Origin: Ignavibacteriota bacterium
Lineage (GTDB): Bacteria; Bacteroidota; Ignavibacteria; UBA10030; UBA6906
NCBI GenBank assembly: GCA_963801355.1
Contig: CAWDEM010000004.1
Coordinates: forward strand, 960,001-1,024,000
DNA length: 64,000 nucleotides
Reading direction: 5' to 3'
The notes under the pieces are model-generated. The model searched no databases. It was not told the origin of the DNA and saw only the letters and a program-made list of their open reading frames with translations. Of the stretch, positions 38,049 to 49,830 are shown one piece after another (positions within the stretch are counted from its first letter, which is position 1; each line of letters opens with the position of its first letter). The position numbers were made by a program, and so were the translations under genes.

Positions 38049-40853
38049 GTGCATCAACGTATTGTCATCCGCGGTGCGCGGGTGCACAATCTCAAGAATA
38101 TCTCGCTTGAGATCCCCCGCAATGCGCTCATCACCATCACAGGAGTGAGCGGATCGGGCAAATCCAGCCTCGCATTCGACACCATCTACGCCGAGGGGCA
38201 GCGGCGCTATGTGGAAAGCCTCTCGTCGTATGCACGGCAGTTCCTGGAACGGATGGACAAGCCGGACGTCGATCTCATCCAGGGAATCAGCCCTGCGATG
38301 GCGATCGAGCAGAAGACCAACACACGGAACCCGCGATCCACCGTCGGGACATCCACCGAAGTCTACGACTACCTGCGCCTGTTGTATGCGCGCGTCGGGA
38401 AAACGTACTGCAGGAATTGCGGCAACGTGGTCGAGCGCGATTCGGTATTGACGGTGCTGACAACACTGCAGCGCGCCGCTGAGGCGCGTGCAGCCGCGGA
38501 GCTTCCCCTGCTGATCACGTTCCCGCTTCCGACGCATCCCAAAGAGACCATCGACCAGGCGCTTGCCAATCTTCAGAAAGAAGGGTTCTTCCGCATCCGT
38601 GTCAAGGAGAAGATCATTGATTTGACGGAGGAACCCGTCCCCGCGCGGACGAAGGCGGCGGATATTGAGGTTGTTGTCGACCGCACCGTCTACCGTCCCG
38701 GAGAGGAGACCACACGCATTGCGGATTCGATCGAGACAGCATTTGCTTCGGGCAGTGGCGCTGCATCAGTGGTCCTGCTGGATCCGGCCGAAACGTTCGT
38801 TTTCGACCGCAATTTTGCATGCGGCGAATGCCGGATTGCGTACGAGGAACCCGACCCGCCCCTGTTTTCCTTCAACAATCCGTTTGGCGCATGCCCCGAC
38901 TGCCAGGGATTCGGCCGTGCGCTCGGTATCGACATGGACCTGGTAATTCCGGATGCCGGGAAGAGTCTGAGGGAGAACGCCATCCAGCCGTGGTCCACAC
39001 CGAAATTCCGGGAATACCTCCGCGAACTGTTGCGCATTGCGCACAAGGCCTGCCTGCGGGTGGATGTTCCTGTGCGCGATCTGGAAGAACGCGAACGCCG
39101 GATTATTCTCGAAGGATTCGAGGAATATCCCGGACTGAACGCCTTTTTCGCAATGGTCGAGAAAAAAGCATACAAGATCTACTATCGTGTGATGTTGAGC
39201 CGGTATCGCGCATATACCATATGCCCGGGCTGCGGCGGTACACGGCTGCGCCCGGAGGCGCTGAATGTCCGGATTGCCGGACGCCGGTTGCCGGATGTCG
39301 TGCGGATGACGGTGCATGAGGCACGGGAATTCATCCGGACGCTTGATCTCTCTCCGTTCGATGTGGAGGTCGCGCGGCGCATACTGGAGGAATTGAAGAG
39401 AAGGCTCGCCTACCTCGATGATGTCGGCATCGGCTATCTGACGCTCGACAGATTGTCGAGCACGCTTTCGGGCGGCGAATCACAGCGCATCAATCTTGCT
39501 ACGTCGCTGGGTTCCTCTCTCGTCGGCGCGGTCTATGTGCTTGATGAGCCGAGCATCGGCCTGCACCCGCGGGACAATGGGAGGCTCATCGCAATCCTCC
39601 AGGCCCTGCGCCGGGTGGGCAATACCGTGATTGTGGTCGAACACGACGCCGACATGATGCGCGCCAGCGACGTCATCATCGATCTCGGACCCCGTGCCGG
39701 CGAACAGGGCGGTCAGGTCATGTTCAATGGCCCCGCGGACGCAATTGTCAAAGACCCCGCGTCGTTGACGGGAGCATATCTTTCCGGACGCAAGAGCATA
39801 CCGCTGCCGCGGCAGCGCAGAGCACCGACGGGACTCGCGCTTCGCATTCTGGGCGCCTCAGAACACAACCTGAAACAGATCGATGTCGACATTCCGTTGC
39901 AGCTCCTGGTATGCATCACCGGGGTCAGCGGAAGCGGAAAAAGCACGCTGGTCCATGATGTTCTCTTCAACGGCCTCCGGCGCCTGCTGGGTGAGGGGGG
40001 CGTGCGTGCCGGCGCACACCGTGGCATCGAGGGCGTGGCGCTGCTCAGTGCAGTGGAGATGGTGGACCAATCGCCGATCGGCCGCACACCCCGGTCGAAC
40101 CCGGTAACCTACATCCATACGTTCGACCTGATCAGGACGCTCTTTGCTTCGACGCCGGCGGCGCGCATTCACGGGCTGAAACCAGGAGCATTTTCCTTCA
40201 ATGTCCCCGGGGGAAGATGCGATGCCTGCGAGGGGGATGGTGTCGTCAAAGTGGAAATGCAGTTCCTTGCCGACCTCTATCTTACCTGTGATGTGTGTAA
40301 AGGCAAGCGCTACAAGCATGAAATCCTGGACATCCGCTACCGCGGGAAGAATATCGACGACGTGCTGGCGATGACGGTGGATGATGCCGCTCAATTCTTC
40401 GGTCAGGAGGCGCAGGGGCGCAGAATCGCGTCGCGGCTGAAGGTACTGCAGGACGTCGGGTTGGGGTACATCCGGGTAGGCCAGCCGGCGACATCGCTTT
40501 CGGGGGGAGAAGCACAACGGATCAAATTGGCGGCACACCTTAACTCGCCGCCGGCAGACCGTCACACGCTGTTTATTTTCGATGAACCCACGACCGGCCT
40601 GCATTTCGACGACATTGCAAAACTCCTGCGATGCTTCAACGCGCTGATCGACGCGGGGAATTCGGTTGTCATCATCGAGCACAATCTCGATGTCATCAAA
40701 TGCGCTGATTGGGTTATCGATCTGGGTCCGGAAGCAGGGGATGAAGGAGGGAGCGTCGTTGCGAAAGGAACACCCGAGCAGATCGCAGGACAGAAGGGAT
40801 CGTTTACCGGGAAGCACCTGCAGGGATTGTTACGACCTGCTGCCGCTGGATAG
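38049..40853 (+). CDS. uvrA: Excinuclease ABC subunit A
   Basis: GARVHNLKN, GVSGSGKSSLAFDT, two LSGGE signatures, Zn fingers; GTG start inferred. Confidence 0.96.
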   Translation: MHQRIVIRGARVHNLKNISLEIPRNALITITGVSGSGKSSLAFDTIYAEGQRRYVESLSSYARQFLERMDKPDVDLIQGISPAMAIEQKTNTRNPRSTVGTSTEVYDYLRLLYARVGKTYCRNCGNVVERDSVLTVLTTLQRAAEARAAAELPLLITFPLPTHPKETIDQALANLQKEGFFRIRVKEKIIDLTEEPVPARTKAADIEVVVDRTVYRPGEETTRIADSIETAFASGSGAASVVLLDPAETFVFDRNFACGECRIAYEEPDPPLFSFNNPFGACPDCQGFGRALGIDMDLVIPDAGKSLRENAIQPWSTPKFREYLRELLRIAHKACLRVDVPVRDLEERERRIILEGFEEYPGLNAFFAMVEKKAYKIYYRVMLSRYRAYTICPGCGGTRLRPEALNVRIAGRRLPDVVRMTVHEAREFIRTLDLSPFDVEVARRILEELKRRLAYLDDVGIGYLTLDRLSSTLSGGESQRINLATSLGSSLVGAVYVLDEPSIGLHPRDNGRLIAILQALRRVGNTVIVVEHDADMMRASDVIIDLGPRAGEQGGQVMFNGPADAIVKDPASLTGAYLSGRKSIPLPRQRRAPTGLALRILGASEHNLKQIDVDIPLQLLVCITGVSGSGKSTLVHDVLFNGLRRLLGEGGVRAGAHRGIEGVALLSAVEMVDQSPIGRTPRSNPVTYIHTFDLIRTLFASTPAARIHGLKPGAFSFNVPGGRCDACEGDGVVKVEMQFLADLYLTCDVCKGKRYKHEILDIRYRGKNIDDVLAMTVDDAAQFFGQEAQGRRIASRLKVLQDVGLGYIRVGQPATSLSGGEAQRIKLAAHLNSPPADRHTLFIFDEPTTGLHFDDIAKLLRCFNALIDAGNSVVIIEHNLDVIKCADWVIDLGPEAGDEGGSVVAKGTPEQIAGQKGSFTGKHLQGLLRPAAAG

Positions 40854-41065
40854 CGCCCCCCCTCAGTGTCACCCATCTCTCTTCGACGCACCGTGACGCG
40901 CGTCACGGTGATGCCGGCGGGGAGCACCTATATTGCAGCTGCCGTAAGACTTGAAAGGCATTGGCGGCGCGTCGATTGGAGGGGAGAGTCGGCGCGATCG
41001 TCAGTGCCTTTCGCCATTTGGTACGCCATCTCTGCACTGAAGCAGTACGCCATCCCGACGCTGAA

Positions 41066-41842
41066 TTAGTAGGCCATCCCGATGTTCAGGTTGATGACGA
41101 ACCCTCCAAAATTTTCCTTGGTCGCTGCGACCGCTCCGGTACGCTCATTATAGAGTGATGGGAGCCCTCCGCCCGGAATATAGGTGAAATAGTAGCGGAA
41201 GTTGACTCCAAAGATGTTGGAACGTTCCGTGCCAAAGTTCGCACCGAGGCCGACGAATCCGCCGAATGTATAATGCGGTTGCCCTTTGCCGATGGCCTTG
41301 AAATAGTCCATCTGCTCGGGGAAGTAGCTGCCATCCGGCTGCTGGGTGAGCTGCACATACGGCATCATGTAGACCATCGTGGGTCCCACGCCGGCAGTCA
41401 AAAATGGGCGGAACGTATCCACGATATCGTCCCGGAATAACCGGTACTGAACACCACCCATCAGGGGGAGAACCAGGAAACGACTGAGCTTCCCCGGGGT
41501 GACGGAGATGCCATAGTAGTAATCGTAGTATTCGACTTCCCGCTCGTCCTTTGACTCGGAAACCGAAAACGAAAGAAACCACGAAAGGTCGGGCGTCACC
41601 GATCTCCGGTAGCTTGTTCCAAGACCGAAGCCGTCATTCGCCAACAGAATGTCCAGACTCCAGATGTTGGGATATCTGTCCGGGCTCGTCGGATCTTGTG
41701 GAAGGTTCCCTGCCTGCACCACGGTATCCCGGGATGATGCCGGATCCCACTGACGGCGGGGATCCTGGGCGACCGCCGATGTCACCGGAAGCAGTCCGCT
41801 CCCGGCGACGAGCAGGGTGAGCACAGTACGGCGCGCGTTCAT
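41066..41842 (-). CDS. Outer-membrane beta-barrel-like hypothetical protein
   Basis: Signal peptide, alternating aromatic beta strands, C-terminal LNIGMAY. Confidence 0.7.
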   Translation of the reverse strand: MNARRTVLTLLVAGSGLLPVTSAVAQDPRRQWDPASSRDTVVQAGNLPQDPTSPDRYPNIWSLDILLANDGFGLGTSYRRSVTPDLSWFLSFSVSESKDEREVEYYDYYYGISVTPGKLSRFLVLPLMGGVQYRLFRDDIVDTFRPFLTAGVGPTMVYMMPYVQLTQQPDGSYFPEQMDYFKAIGKGQPHYTFGGFVGLGANFGTERSNIFGVNFRYYFTYIPGGGLPSLYNERTGAVAATKENFGGFVINLNIGMAY

Positions 41843-41911
41843 TGCTCACACTCCTTTCTCTCACCAACAACATTCCTGTTCAAAAATAGGTTCTCGCCGG
41901 GCCAAAAGCAA

Positions 41912-43096
41912 TCAGAGGACACGGAACAGGGCGAACTTGAGGTACTCCGTTTCCGGCACTGTGGGAAGGACGGGGTGGTCTGGAGAAGCCCCGCGCCAGG
42001 CCAGCTGCTGGAGGGGCCGGTTGAGTTCGCGCGCCGCGGCATTGACCACCTCTACAAACGTCCCGGGAAGGATATGGTGGGAACAGGATGCCGTCGCCAG
42101 AAATCCTCCGTTCACCAGGAGCGGCAATGCGGCCCGGTGCAGATCCCGGTATCCCTTCTTTGCGGTTGCGACGTTCTTCCTGCTCTTGGTGAACGACGGC
42201 GGATCCAGAATGATGAGGTCGAACCGGCGTTCTGCCGCAGCCATCCCGGCCAATGCCTCAAAGACATCGGCGTGCTGAAACGTGACATTGCCGGCTTTGT
42301 TGAGCGCCGCATTCCGTTCAGCGCGCTCTACCGCATCAGCAGAGCTGTCGATGCCGTGTGCGGAGATCGCCCCGCCGGCGGCTGCGTGCAGTGCGAATCC
42401 CCCGTCGTTGCAGAAACAGTCAAGCACGCGTGCTCCACGTGCGAACCGACGGATCAGCAACCGGTTGGCACGCTGGTCCAGGAAGAAACCCGTTTTCTGC
42501 CCGCCCAGGGGATCGACGATGAAGTGCACCCCCTCATCGATGATTTCCGTCGGCGTTGCACTCCCGCGAAGAATGCCCTTGCGGGGGGGGAGATGTTCGA
42601 GCGTTCGCTGGGACGATTCGTTGCGTTCGACGATGGAAGCGGGATGCAGCAACGCTTCGAGGGCATCGCAGACAGCGTCGATCCGTTGGTCCATGCCCGC
42701 CGCAAGAGTCTGAATCACGAGCTGGTCGTTAAACCTGTCGATGACCAGTCCGGGCAGGAAATCTCCTTCGCCGTGCACGAGCCGGTAGAAGGTGCTCCCC
42801 GGAAAGATTTTCTCGCGCAGTGCGAGCGCGGTCGCAATGCGCGTAGTGAAAAACGCTGCGTCGGGAGTGACCGGTGTCGCCGACAGGAACCGGAAGGCGA
42901 TCAACGAGTGAGGGTGGTACAATCCATAGCCCAGGCAGAGACCTCCGGCATCCCGGAGTTCAACAAGATCCCCCTGCGTCGGAGAACCCACCACGTCCCG
43001 GATCTCATTGCTGAATACCCAGGGGTGGCCGGCAAGGATCCGGCGTTCTTCATGACGCTTCAGCGTCAGGCGGGCAATCGGAGGAGAGGGGGGCAT
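41912..43096 (-). CDS. rlmI: RlmI-family SAM-dependent rRNA methyltransferase
   Basis: GHPWVFSNE, GQKTGFFLDQR, DPPSF, DHP...PETEYLK. Confidence 0.88.
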   Translation of the reverse strand: MPPSPPIARLTLKRHEERRILAGHPWVFSNEIRDVVGSPTQGDLVELRDAGGLCLGYGLYHPHSLIAFRFLSATPVTPDAAFFTTRIATALALREKIFPGSTFYRLVHGEGDFLPGLVIDRFNDQLVIQTLAAGMDQRIDAVCDALEALLHPASIVERNESSQRTLEHLPPRKGILRGSATPTEIIDEGVHFIVDPLGGQKTGFFLDQRANRLLIRRFARGARVLDCFCNDGGFALHAAAGGAISAHGIDSSADAVERAERNAALNKAGNVTFQHADVFEALAGMAAAERRFDLIILDPPSFTKSRKNVATAKKGYRDLHRAALPLLVNGGFLATASCSHHILPGTFVEVVNAAARELNRPLQQLAWRGASPDHPVLPTVPETEYLKFALFRVL

Positions 43097-43223
43097 AAGC
43101 GCAGTCGCAATGTGATGATTAATGTACCAACAACTCCCCCGAACTTCAAGCGGACGGATTGAATATGGGCACGCTCGTACGTATATTAATTGTTTAGCAT
43201 GAATATTCTCTGGAAGCGATCGT

Positions 43224-43901
43224 ATGGTGACACCCGACCGGCTTGCGTGCATGATCTTCGACATCGACGGAACGCTCGCGCGGACAAATCAATTGATCTT
43301 TGCGACCTTCAACCATGTGGCACAACTCCACCTCGGGCATACATTCACGCCGCAGGAGATCGTCAGCCACTTCGGTCCGCCTGAAGAGGGTGCCGTTGCC
43401 GAAGTGTTCGGTGTGGACATGGTTCCGCGCGTCATGGACGAAATGTGCGCGTACTACCGCGCCCACCACAAAGAGATGGCCGAAGTCCATGAGGGCATTG
43501 TACCGGTGCTTGCCATGCTCCGCCGTCACGGGATCCGGCTCGCCGTGTTCACCGGGAAGGGCCGCCGGACAACCCTGATCACGCTCGAAGAGCTGGGGAT
43601 ATTGCCGTTCTTCGAACACATTGTCACCGGGAACGACGTGCGCTGTTTCAAACCGCATCCGGAAGGAATCCTCCAGATTCTGGATGCCTTCCATGTGTCT
43701 CCCCACGCAACGGTCATGGTCGGGGATTCCCTGATGGATTTGATGGCAGCCCGGGATGCAGGGGTGGCGTTCGCGGGCGTCTTGTGGGATGCGTATGACC
43801 GGTCCCGCCTGCTCGGCGCACATCCGGAGCGTGCGTTCTCGACTGTGGGGGAGTTTGAGGTGTGGTGCAGTTCCCGCCTGAATGGAGGGATGCCGTCATG
43901 A
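43224..43901 (+). CDS. HAD-family phosphatase (PpaX/Gph-like)
   Basis: FDIDGTL, KPHPEG, MVGDS..D. Confidence 0.9.
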   Translation: MVTPDRLACMIFDIDGTLARTNQLIFATFNHVAQLHLGHTFTPQEIVSHFGPPEEGAVAEVFGVDMVPRVMDEMCAYYRAHHKEMAEVHEGIVPVLAMLRRHGIRLAVFTGKGRRTTLITLEELGILPFFEHIVTGNDVRCFKPHPEGILQILDAFHVSPHATVMVGDSLMDLMAARDAGVAFAGVLWDAYDRSRLLGAHPERAFSTVGEFEVWCSSRLNGGMPS

Positions 43902-43929
43902 CTGTCGAACATCAGCACAGGCCCCCGGC

Positions 43930-44922
43930 ATGAACGCATTGCGTATTGGTGTCATCGGCGTCGGGCATCTGGGTGCACTCCATGCCAAGATGCTCTCGGC
44001 CATCCCCACGGCACACCTCGTAGGCGTGTTCGACACGGATCCGGAAAAGGCCCGCAAGGCCGCCGCCGAAAACGGGACAACGGCATATGCAACACTGGAC
44101 GAGCTGCTCGGCCAGGTGGAAGCCGTCACTGTCGCCACGACGACAACAACGCATTTTGAGATTGCCGGTCAGGCGATCGCCCGCGGGCTGCACGTGTTTC
44201 TCGAAAAGCCGATCACGCAGACTGTCGCTGAGGCCAATCAGCTGTGCGCTCTCGCCGCCGAGAGAAAACTCGTTGTCCAGGTAGGGCATATCGAACGGTT
44301 CAACCCCGCAATACTCGCCCTGGAGGGGTATGACATCGCACCGCTCTTCATCGAGACGCATCGTCTCGCACAGTTCAAACCCCGCGGAACGGATGTGGCC
44401 GTGGTGCTGGACCTCATGATCCACGACATCGATCTGATTATGACGTTCGTCAAGTCTCCCGTCAAACAGATCGACGCCAGCGGAGTCGCCGTGGTGTCGG
44501 ATACCATCGACATCGCCAACGCCCGGATCCAGTTTGAAAACGGTTGCGTGGCGAACGTGACGGCAAGCCGCATCTCCCAGCGGTCGATGCGGAAAATGAG
44601 ACTGTTCCAGCAGAATGCCTACATTTCCATCGATTTTGCCGAGGGTCTGGCCGAAGTCTTCCGGTTGATGCCCGAAGATGCTCCCGAGATCCGGGGGACA
44701 ATGGTCCTCGGAGAAATGGGCATCGGGAACAAACGCAAGAAGATTATTTACGAACAGCCGGAAACCCGCGAAGTGAATGCATTGCGGTACGAACTGGAAC
44801 TATTTGTCAACGCGGTGCAGACCGGCGGGACACCGGTGGTGACGGCGGATGATGCCCGGCGCGCACTCGAAGTTGCGACAAGTATTCTGCAGAAGATCGA
44901 TCAACAACAATTGCCCGCGTGA
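43930..44922 (+). CDS. Gfo/Idh/MocA oxidoreductase (GnnA-like)
   Basis: GVIGVGHLG, EKP, VGHIERFNPA, LDLMIHDID. Confidence 0.9.
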   Translation: MNALRIGVIGVGHLGALHAKMLSAIPTAHLVGVFDTDPEKARKAAAENGTTAYATLDELLGQVEAVTVATTTTTHFEIAGQAIARGLHVFLEKPITQTVAEANQLCALAAERKLVVQVGHIERFNPAILALEGYDIAPLFIETHRLAQFKPRGTDVAVVLDLMIHDIDLIMTFVKSPVKQIDASGVAVVSDTIDIANARIQFENGCVANVTASRISQRSMRKMRLFQQNAYISIDFAEGLAEVFRLMPEDAPEIRGTMVLGEMGIGNKRKKIIYEQPETREVNALRYELELFVNAVQTGGTPVVTADDARRALEVATSILQKIDQQQLPA

Positions 44923-46407
44923 ATGACGACCGCATCAGACAGAGTGGATCTCTCACATCCCCTGCTGCACCGGATCGGAGGCATCGCCGACCGGTCGGGA
45001 TGGGAGGTCTATGTGGTCGGCGGGTACGTGCGTGACCTGCTCCTCGGACGAAGTTGCCAGGATATTGACATCCTCGTCATGGGGGATGGCATTGCGTTTG
45101 CCCGGCGTGTTGCGGAGGATCTTGGAATCGACACCGTGGTGACCTTCGATCGCTTCGGCACCGCGATGATCCCCCTGTCGGAAGGGAAACTGGAATTTGT
45201 GGGGGCGCGCAAGGAACGCTATGGGGGAGAGTCGCGGAAGCCCGACGTGTCGCCCGGCACACTCGCGGACGATCTGCGCCGCCGGGACTTCACCGTGAAC
45301 GCGCTTGCCGTGGCCCTCAATACCGGACGGTACGGTGTGCTGCTTGACCCGTTTGACGGCCGGAAGGATCTCACGGCACGGCGGTTGCGCACTCCGCTTG
45401 ACCCGGCGGAAACATTCGACGATGATCCCCTGCGCATGCTGCGCGCACTCCGGTTTGCCGCGCAACTGGATTTCACGGTCGATCCGGAAGTCCTGCAGGC
45501 CATCGGCACGATGAAACAGCGGCTGAGCATCGTGTCGCAGGAACGCGTCACCGAGGAGCTGTTGAAGATGCTGAAGAGCCGGAAACCCTCCACCGGGTTC
45601 ACACTCATGGCGCAGACCGGCATCCTCCAGAGTGTGCTTCCGGAAATCGCGGCCATGGCCGGTGTGGACCAGCGGAACGACTTTCATCACAAAGACGTTT
45701 TCCTGCATACCTGCACGGTGGTCGACAACGTCGCCGCGGTGAGTGAAAATCTCTGGCTTCGTTTTACGGCCCTGGTGCATGATATTGCCAAGCCGCGCAC
45801 GAAGGCGTACCAGGAGGGGGTCGGCTGGACTTTTCACGGCCACGAAGAGGTCGGCGCCCGGATGATGAGGAAGCTCTTTCACCGCCTCCGTCTTCCCCTG
45901 GTGCATCTACCGTATGTTGAGAAGCTTGTCCGTCTTCATCTCCGCCCCATGGCGCTGGTGGGCGATCTGGTCACCGATTCGGCTGTACGCCGTCTTCTGG
46001 TGGATGCGGGAGAGCAGGTGGACGATCTGATGATGCTCTGCCGGGCGGACATTACATCAAAAAACCCCGCACTTGTCGGCCGGTACCTTCGGAACTACGA
46101 CCGTGTGGCCGAAAAAATGCGGGAGGTCGAAGAAAAAGACCGGTGGCGGAGCTGGCAGCCCCCGGTGCGCGGCGAAGAAATCATGTCCATGTGCGGCCTT
46201 GCCGAGGGACCCAGAGTTGGTGTGCTTAAAAGGGCCATCGAAGATGCCATACTGGACGGCGTTATCCCCAATGAACACGATGCAGCGTTGGCGTATTTGC
46301 TGCGTATTAAAGACGATGTGCTTGCCGGCCTGCCCGAAAACCTCAAGAAACCCCCCCAACGGCGTCCCGGCAATGAAACTTTGGAAGGCGAAAAAGCGTC
46401 TAAATGA
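44923..46407 (+). CDS. cca: tRNA nucleotidyltransferase (CCA-adding) with HD domain
   Basis: VGGYVRD..DID, DLRRRDFTVNA, DDPLRMLR, HDIAK. Confidence 0.88.
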   Translation: MTTASDRVDLSHPLLHRIGGIADRSGWEVYVVGGYVRDLLLGRSCQDIDILVMGDGIAFARRVAEDLGIDTVVTFDRFGTAMIPLSEGKLEFVGARKERYGGESRKPDVSPGTLADDLRRRDFTVNALAVALNTGRYGVLLDPFDGRKDLTARRLRTPLDPAETFDDDPLRMLRALRFAAQLDFTVDPEVLQAIGTMKQRLSIVSQERVTEELLKMLKSRKPSTGFTLMAQTGILQSVLPEIAAMAGVDQRNDFHHKDVFLHTCTVVDNVAAVSENLWLRFTALVHDIAKPRTKAYQEGVGWTFHGHEEVGARMMRKLFHRLRLPLVHLPYVEKLVRLHLRPMALVGDLVTDSAVRRLLVDAGEQVDDLMMLCRADITSKNPALVGRYLRNYDRVAEKMREVEEKDRWRSWQPPVRGEEIMSMCGLAEGPRVGVLKRAIEDAILDGVIPNEHDAALAYLLRIKDDVLAGLPENLKKPPQRRPGNETLEGEKASK

Positions 46408-46472
46408 AGAAAGGTTCATTTCCGCTGATTTCCTCCCACGTATTCACTCACGAAAGAGAAATGGAGTGTACC

Positions 46473-47810
46473 ATGCGATTGAGTGCTGTAGCCCTGTGTG
46501 CAATCCTGCTGATGACAGGTCTGACGGCATTTGCTCAACCTCAGACAATGACACTGGAAGAGGCCACGCGAGTGGCCCTGGAACGCAACCTGAGTGTTCT
46601 CCAGGCGCAGAACATCTATGACGCTGCGGGGAGCAGTTCGCTGGCTGCGTACGGACGATACCTTCCCTCCTTAAGTGCCAGCGGTGGTTGGCAACGCAAT
46701 CAGCAAGAAGGGCCGATTTACACTCAAGGAGTCGCGATCCCGGGCACCAACCAGAAGGCCACCACCGGGAGCTTTTCGGCGGGTCTGAGCACATCGCTGA
46801 CGTTGTTTGACGGTTTCGTTCGCGAATCCAACTTGAACAGGGCTAATGCGTCACTGACCCAGGACAACCTTTCTCTGACCCGGACGCGGCAATCAATCGT
46901 CTATCAGGTCGAGAGCGCGTACCTCAACGTCTTGCGCCGCGAGCAGCTGGTCAGAGTGAGCGATGAGAACCTGAAGCGCGACGTTCGCCAGCTGGAGCGG
47001 ATAACGGAATCCAATCGCGTCGGCGCGCTGTCGCTGGCGGATGTCTACCGGCAGCAATCACAGGTGGCTGCAGACGAGCTCGCCCAGATCAACGCGCAGA
47101 ACGACTTCGACAAAGGAAAGGCGGATCTCGTGGCGTTGATCGGATTGGATGTTGCACAGGAGTTCAGCTTTGCCGATCCCGCATTTTCCGGATCCCTGGA
47201 TTCCGTGGAAATCAAGGCGACCAGGGAGAAATACCAGAGCCTGCGTGATCTCACCCGCCGGGCCCTGGTTGCGCGGCCGGACTTCCAGAGTTTGAAGGCG
47301 GGTCTCGATGCGGCGGAGTCGGGTGTGACCTCGGCGCGCGCGGGCTATCTTCCGAGTCTGAGCGCCAATGCCGGGCTGTCGGCAAACAATGAGACGTTCA
47401 AGGATCTCTTGGATTACAAGACGATGTATTGGGGTTTGCGGCTGAGTTGGACGCTGTTCGACGGGTTCGCGACAAATGCTTCCATTCAAAACGCCACAGC
47501 GACGAAACGCAATGCGGAGATCACGCTCGCGCAAACCGAGCGAAGCATCGGTGTCGAGGTGAAGAAGGCCCTTCTTGACCTTGACGCGGCTATGAAGCAG
47601 TATGACGTCAGCCAGAAGGGACTCACCTCTGCCACAGAAGACCGGAAAATAGCCGAAGAACGCTACAATCTTGGTGCGGGCACACTGCTCGATCTCCTGA
47701 CCGCAAATGCGGGGCTCGTGAATGCTGAAGCAAATGTCGTGAACGCCTCGTATAACTACATCATCGCGAAACGGAACGTCGAGTACGTACTCGGCGAGAG
47801 AGCATACTAA
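46473..47810 (+). CDS. TolC-family outer membrane efflux protein
   Basis: Signal peptide, two YLPSLSA repeats, ERYNLG..TLLDLL. Confidence 0.92.
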   Translation: MRLSAVALCAILLMTGLTAFAQPQTMTLEEATRVALERNLSVLQAQNIYDAAGSSSLAAYGRYLPSLSASGGWQRNQQEGPIYTQGVAIPGTNQKATTGSFSAGLSTSLTLFDGFVRESNLNRANASLTQDNLSLTRTRQSIVYQVESAYLNVLRREQLVRVSDENLKRDVRQLERITESNRVGALSLADVYRQQSQVAADELAQINAQNDFDKGKADLVALIGLDVAQEFSFADPAFSGSLDSVEIKATREKYQSLRDLTRRALVARPDFQSLKAGLDAAESGVTSARAGYLPSLSANAGLSANNETFKDLLDYKTMYWGLRLSWTLFDGFATNASIQNATATKRNAEITLAQTERSIGVEVKKALLDLDAAMKQYDVSQKGLTSATEDRKIAEERYNLGAGTLLDLLTANAGLVNAEANVVNASYNYIIAKRNVEYVLGERAY

Positions 47811-47831
47811 CCGCACAGAAGGAGCGCCGTT

Positions 47832-49091
47832 ATGGCAAAGAATGGAAAGAAAACACGCAAGAAGATCATCATTTTCGGTGTGCTCTTTCTGGTGATCGTG
47901 GCACTTGGCATCATCATTTTCCTCGGCAGTAAGAAAGAGCCGGTGATTCAAGTACAGGTAGAGAAGGCACAGCGTCGGACGGTGACCCAGGTGGTGACGG
48001 CGACGGGGAAGATTCAACCGGAGGTCCTCGTGAAAATCACCCCCGAAGTGAGTGGTGAAATCGTCGCCCTGCCGATCAAGGAAGGGCAAAAAGTGAAGAA
48101 GGGTCAACTGTTGATGAAAATCAAACCCGACTTCTACGTCGCCCAGCGCCAGCAGTTCGCGGCAGCTGTGCTTCAATCCAAGGCCAACCTGAGCCGCACA
48201 GAACCGGAATTCAGACGCGTGGAAACTCTATTCAAGAAGGGCATGGTCTCCCAGGCGGAATTCGATCAGGCGCGGGCCGCGTATGAGCAGAGCAAGGCTG
48301 CCTATGCGCAATCGAATGCATCGCTGAACCAGGCTGAAGAAAGTCTGCGGAAGACCACCATCGTTTCCCCGATGGACGGCACCGTCAGCCAGCTAAATTC
48401 CGAACTCGGTGAACGCGTGCTGGGCACCGTCCAGTTCCAGGGCACCGATGTCATGACGATTGCCGATCTTTCGCGCATGGAAGCGCGCGTTGATGTGAGC
48501 GAGAATGACGTCGTGCTGGTCTCGATCGGCGATACGGCTCGCATCTCGGTGGATGCCTTCCCTGACCGCAAGGCCAATGCCGTCGTGTACGAGATCGCCA
48601 ACACGGCCACCTCAAAGGGTCTGGGGACCCAGGAAGAGGTCACGAACTTCATGGTGAAGATGCGTGTCGTTGACGCATCGCTGTCGCTCCGTCCCGGCAT
48701 GTCCATGACAGCCGATATTGAAACCGAGACGAAGCACGACATCCTCTGTGTACCGATCCAGTCCCTTACGACGCGGGTGCCAAAGGTGGAGGTAAAGGAG
48801 GGCGAGCAGGCCGAACAGGCGCCGGTTGCGGCATCGACAAGTGCCAAGAAGAAAGAAGAGAACAAGGCCCAGGAAATTGTGTTTTTGGTGGAGAATGGCC
48901 AGGCCAAGAGCACACCGGTACGCCGGGGCATCAGCGACGACCAGTGGATAGAAATCACCAGTGGCTTGAAAGACAGTGTCCTCGTCGTCTCGGGCAGCTA
49001 TAAGGCCATCAACCGCGAGCTGGAGGACGGCAGCAAGGTCCGCATTGAAGAGCCGAAGAAGGATGTGCGCAAGAAACCCGCTGAAGGATAG
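47832..49091 (+). CDS. MacA-like periplasmic adaptor
   Basis: TM anchor, [31 protein letters not shown]. Confidence 0.92.
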   Translation: MAKNGKKTRKKIIIFGVLFLVIVALGIIIFLGSKKEPVIQVQVEKAQRRTVTQVVTATGKIQPEVLVKITPEVSGEIVALPIKEGQKVKKGQLLMKIKPDFYVAQRQQFAAAVLQSKANLSRTEPEFRRVETLFKKGMVSQAEFDQARAAYEQSKAAYAQSNASLNQAEESLRKTTIVSPMDGTVSQLNSELGERVLGTVQFQGTDVMTIADLSRMEARVDVSENDVVLVSIGDTARISVDAFPDRKANAVVYEIANTATSKGLGTQEEVTNFMVKMRVVDASLSLRPGMSMTADIETETKHDILCVPIQSLTTRVPKVEVKEGEQAEQAPVAASTSAKKKEENKAQEIVFLVENGQAKSTPVRRGISDDQWIEITSGLKDSVLVVSGSYKAINRELEDGSKVRIEEPKKDVRKKPAEG

Positions 49092-49095
49092 CACG

Positions 49096-49812
49096 ATGAA
49101 TGTCATTGAACTAAAAGATATCGTCAAGACGTATGACATGGGCGGGGCGGAGGAAGTGCACGCACTTCGGGGCGTCTCGGTGGCGATTGCCAAGAATGAG
49201 TATGTCGCCATCATGGGTCCTTCCGGCTCGGGAAAATCTACGCTGATGAACATCATCGGGTGCCTGGATACGCCGACTTCGGGGATATACCAGTTCAACG
49301 GTGTGAACGTCAGCGAAATGGACGACAATGCTCTGGCAAAGGTCCGGAACAAGGAAATCGGGTTCGTCTTTCAGACATTCAACCTGTTGCCCCGTTCGGA
49401 TGCCCTGCACAATGTCGAGCTGCCGTTGATCTACGGCGGCTTCGGTGCCGGCGAGAGGAAACAACGTGCACTGGAGACGCTGACCCACGTCGGCCTGGGT
49501 GATCGTGTCCATCATAAACCCAACGAACTGTCCGGCGGTCAGCGTCAACGTGTGGCGGTTGCCCGCGCACTTGTCACGCGGCCGTCTATCATCCTGGCGG
49601 ATGAACCAACTGGAAATCTCGACAGCAAGACGGGCGAGGAAATCATGGCGTTGTTCGAAGAGCTTCATCATCAGGGAAATACGATCATCCTGGTCACCCA
49701 TGAAGCTGACATTGCCGAACACGCCCACCGTGCAGTCCGGTTGCGTGACGGTCTCATCGAATCGGATGGACCGGTGCAACATCGCCGCGCTGCAGTAGCG
49801 AGTGTTGCGTGA
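49096..49812 (+). CDS. MacB/LolD-type ABC ATP-binding protein
   Basis: [30 protein letters not shown]. Confidence 0.94.
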   Translation: MNVIELKDIVKTYDMGGAEEVHALRGVSVAIAKNEYVAIMGPSGSGKSTLMNIIGCLDTPTSGIYQFNGVNVSEMDDNALAKVRNKEIGFVFQTFNLLPRSDALHNVELPLIYGGFGAGERKQRALETLTHVGLGDRVHHKPNELSGGQRQRVAVARALVTRPSIILADEPTGNLDSKTGEEIMALFEELHHQGNTIILVTHEADIAEHAHRAVRLRDGLIESDGPVQHRRAAVASVA

Positions 49813-49830
49813 GACAGAACGGAGCCGCAG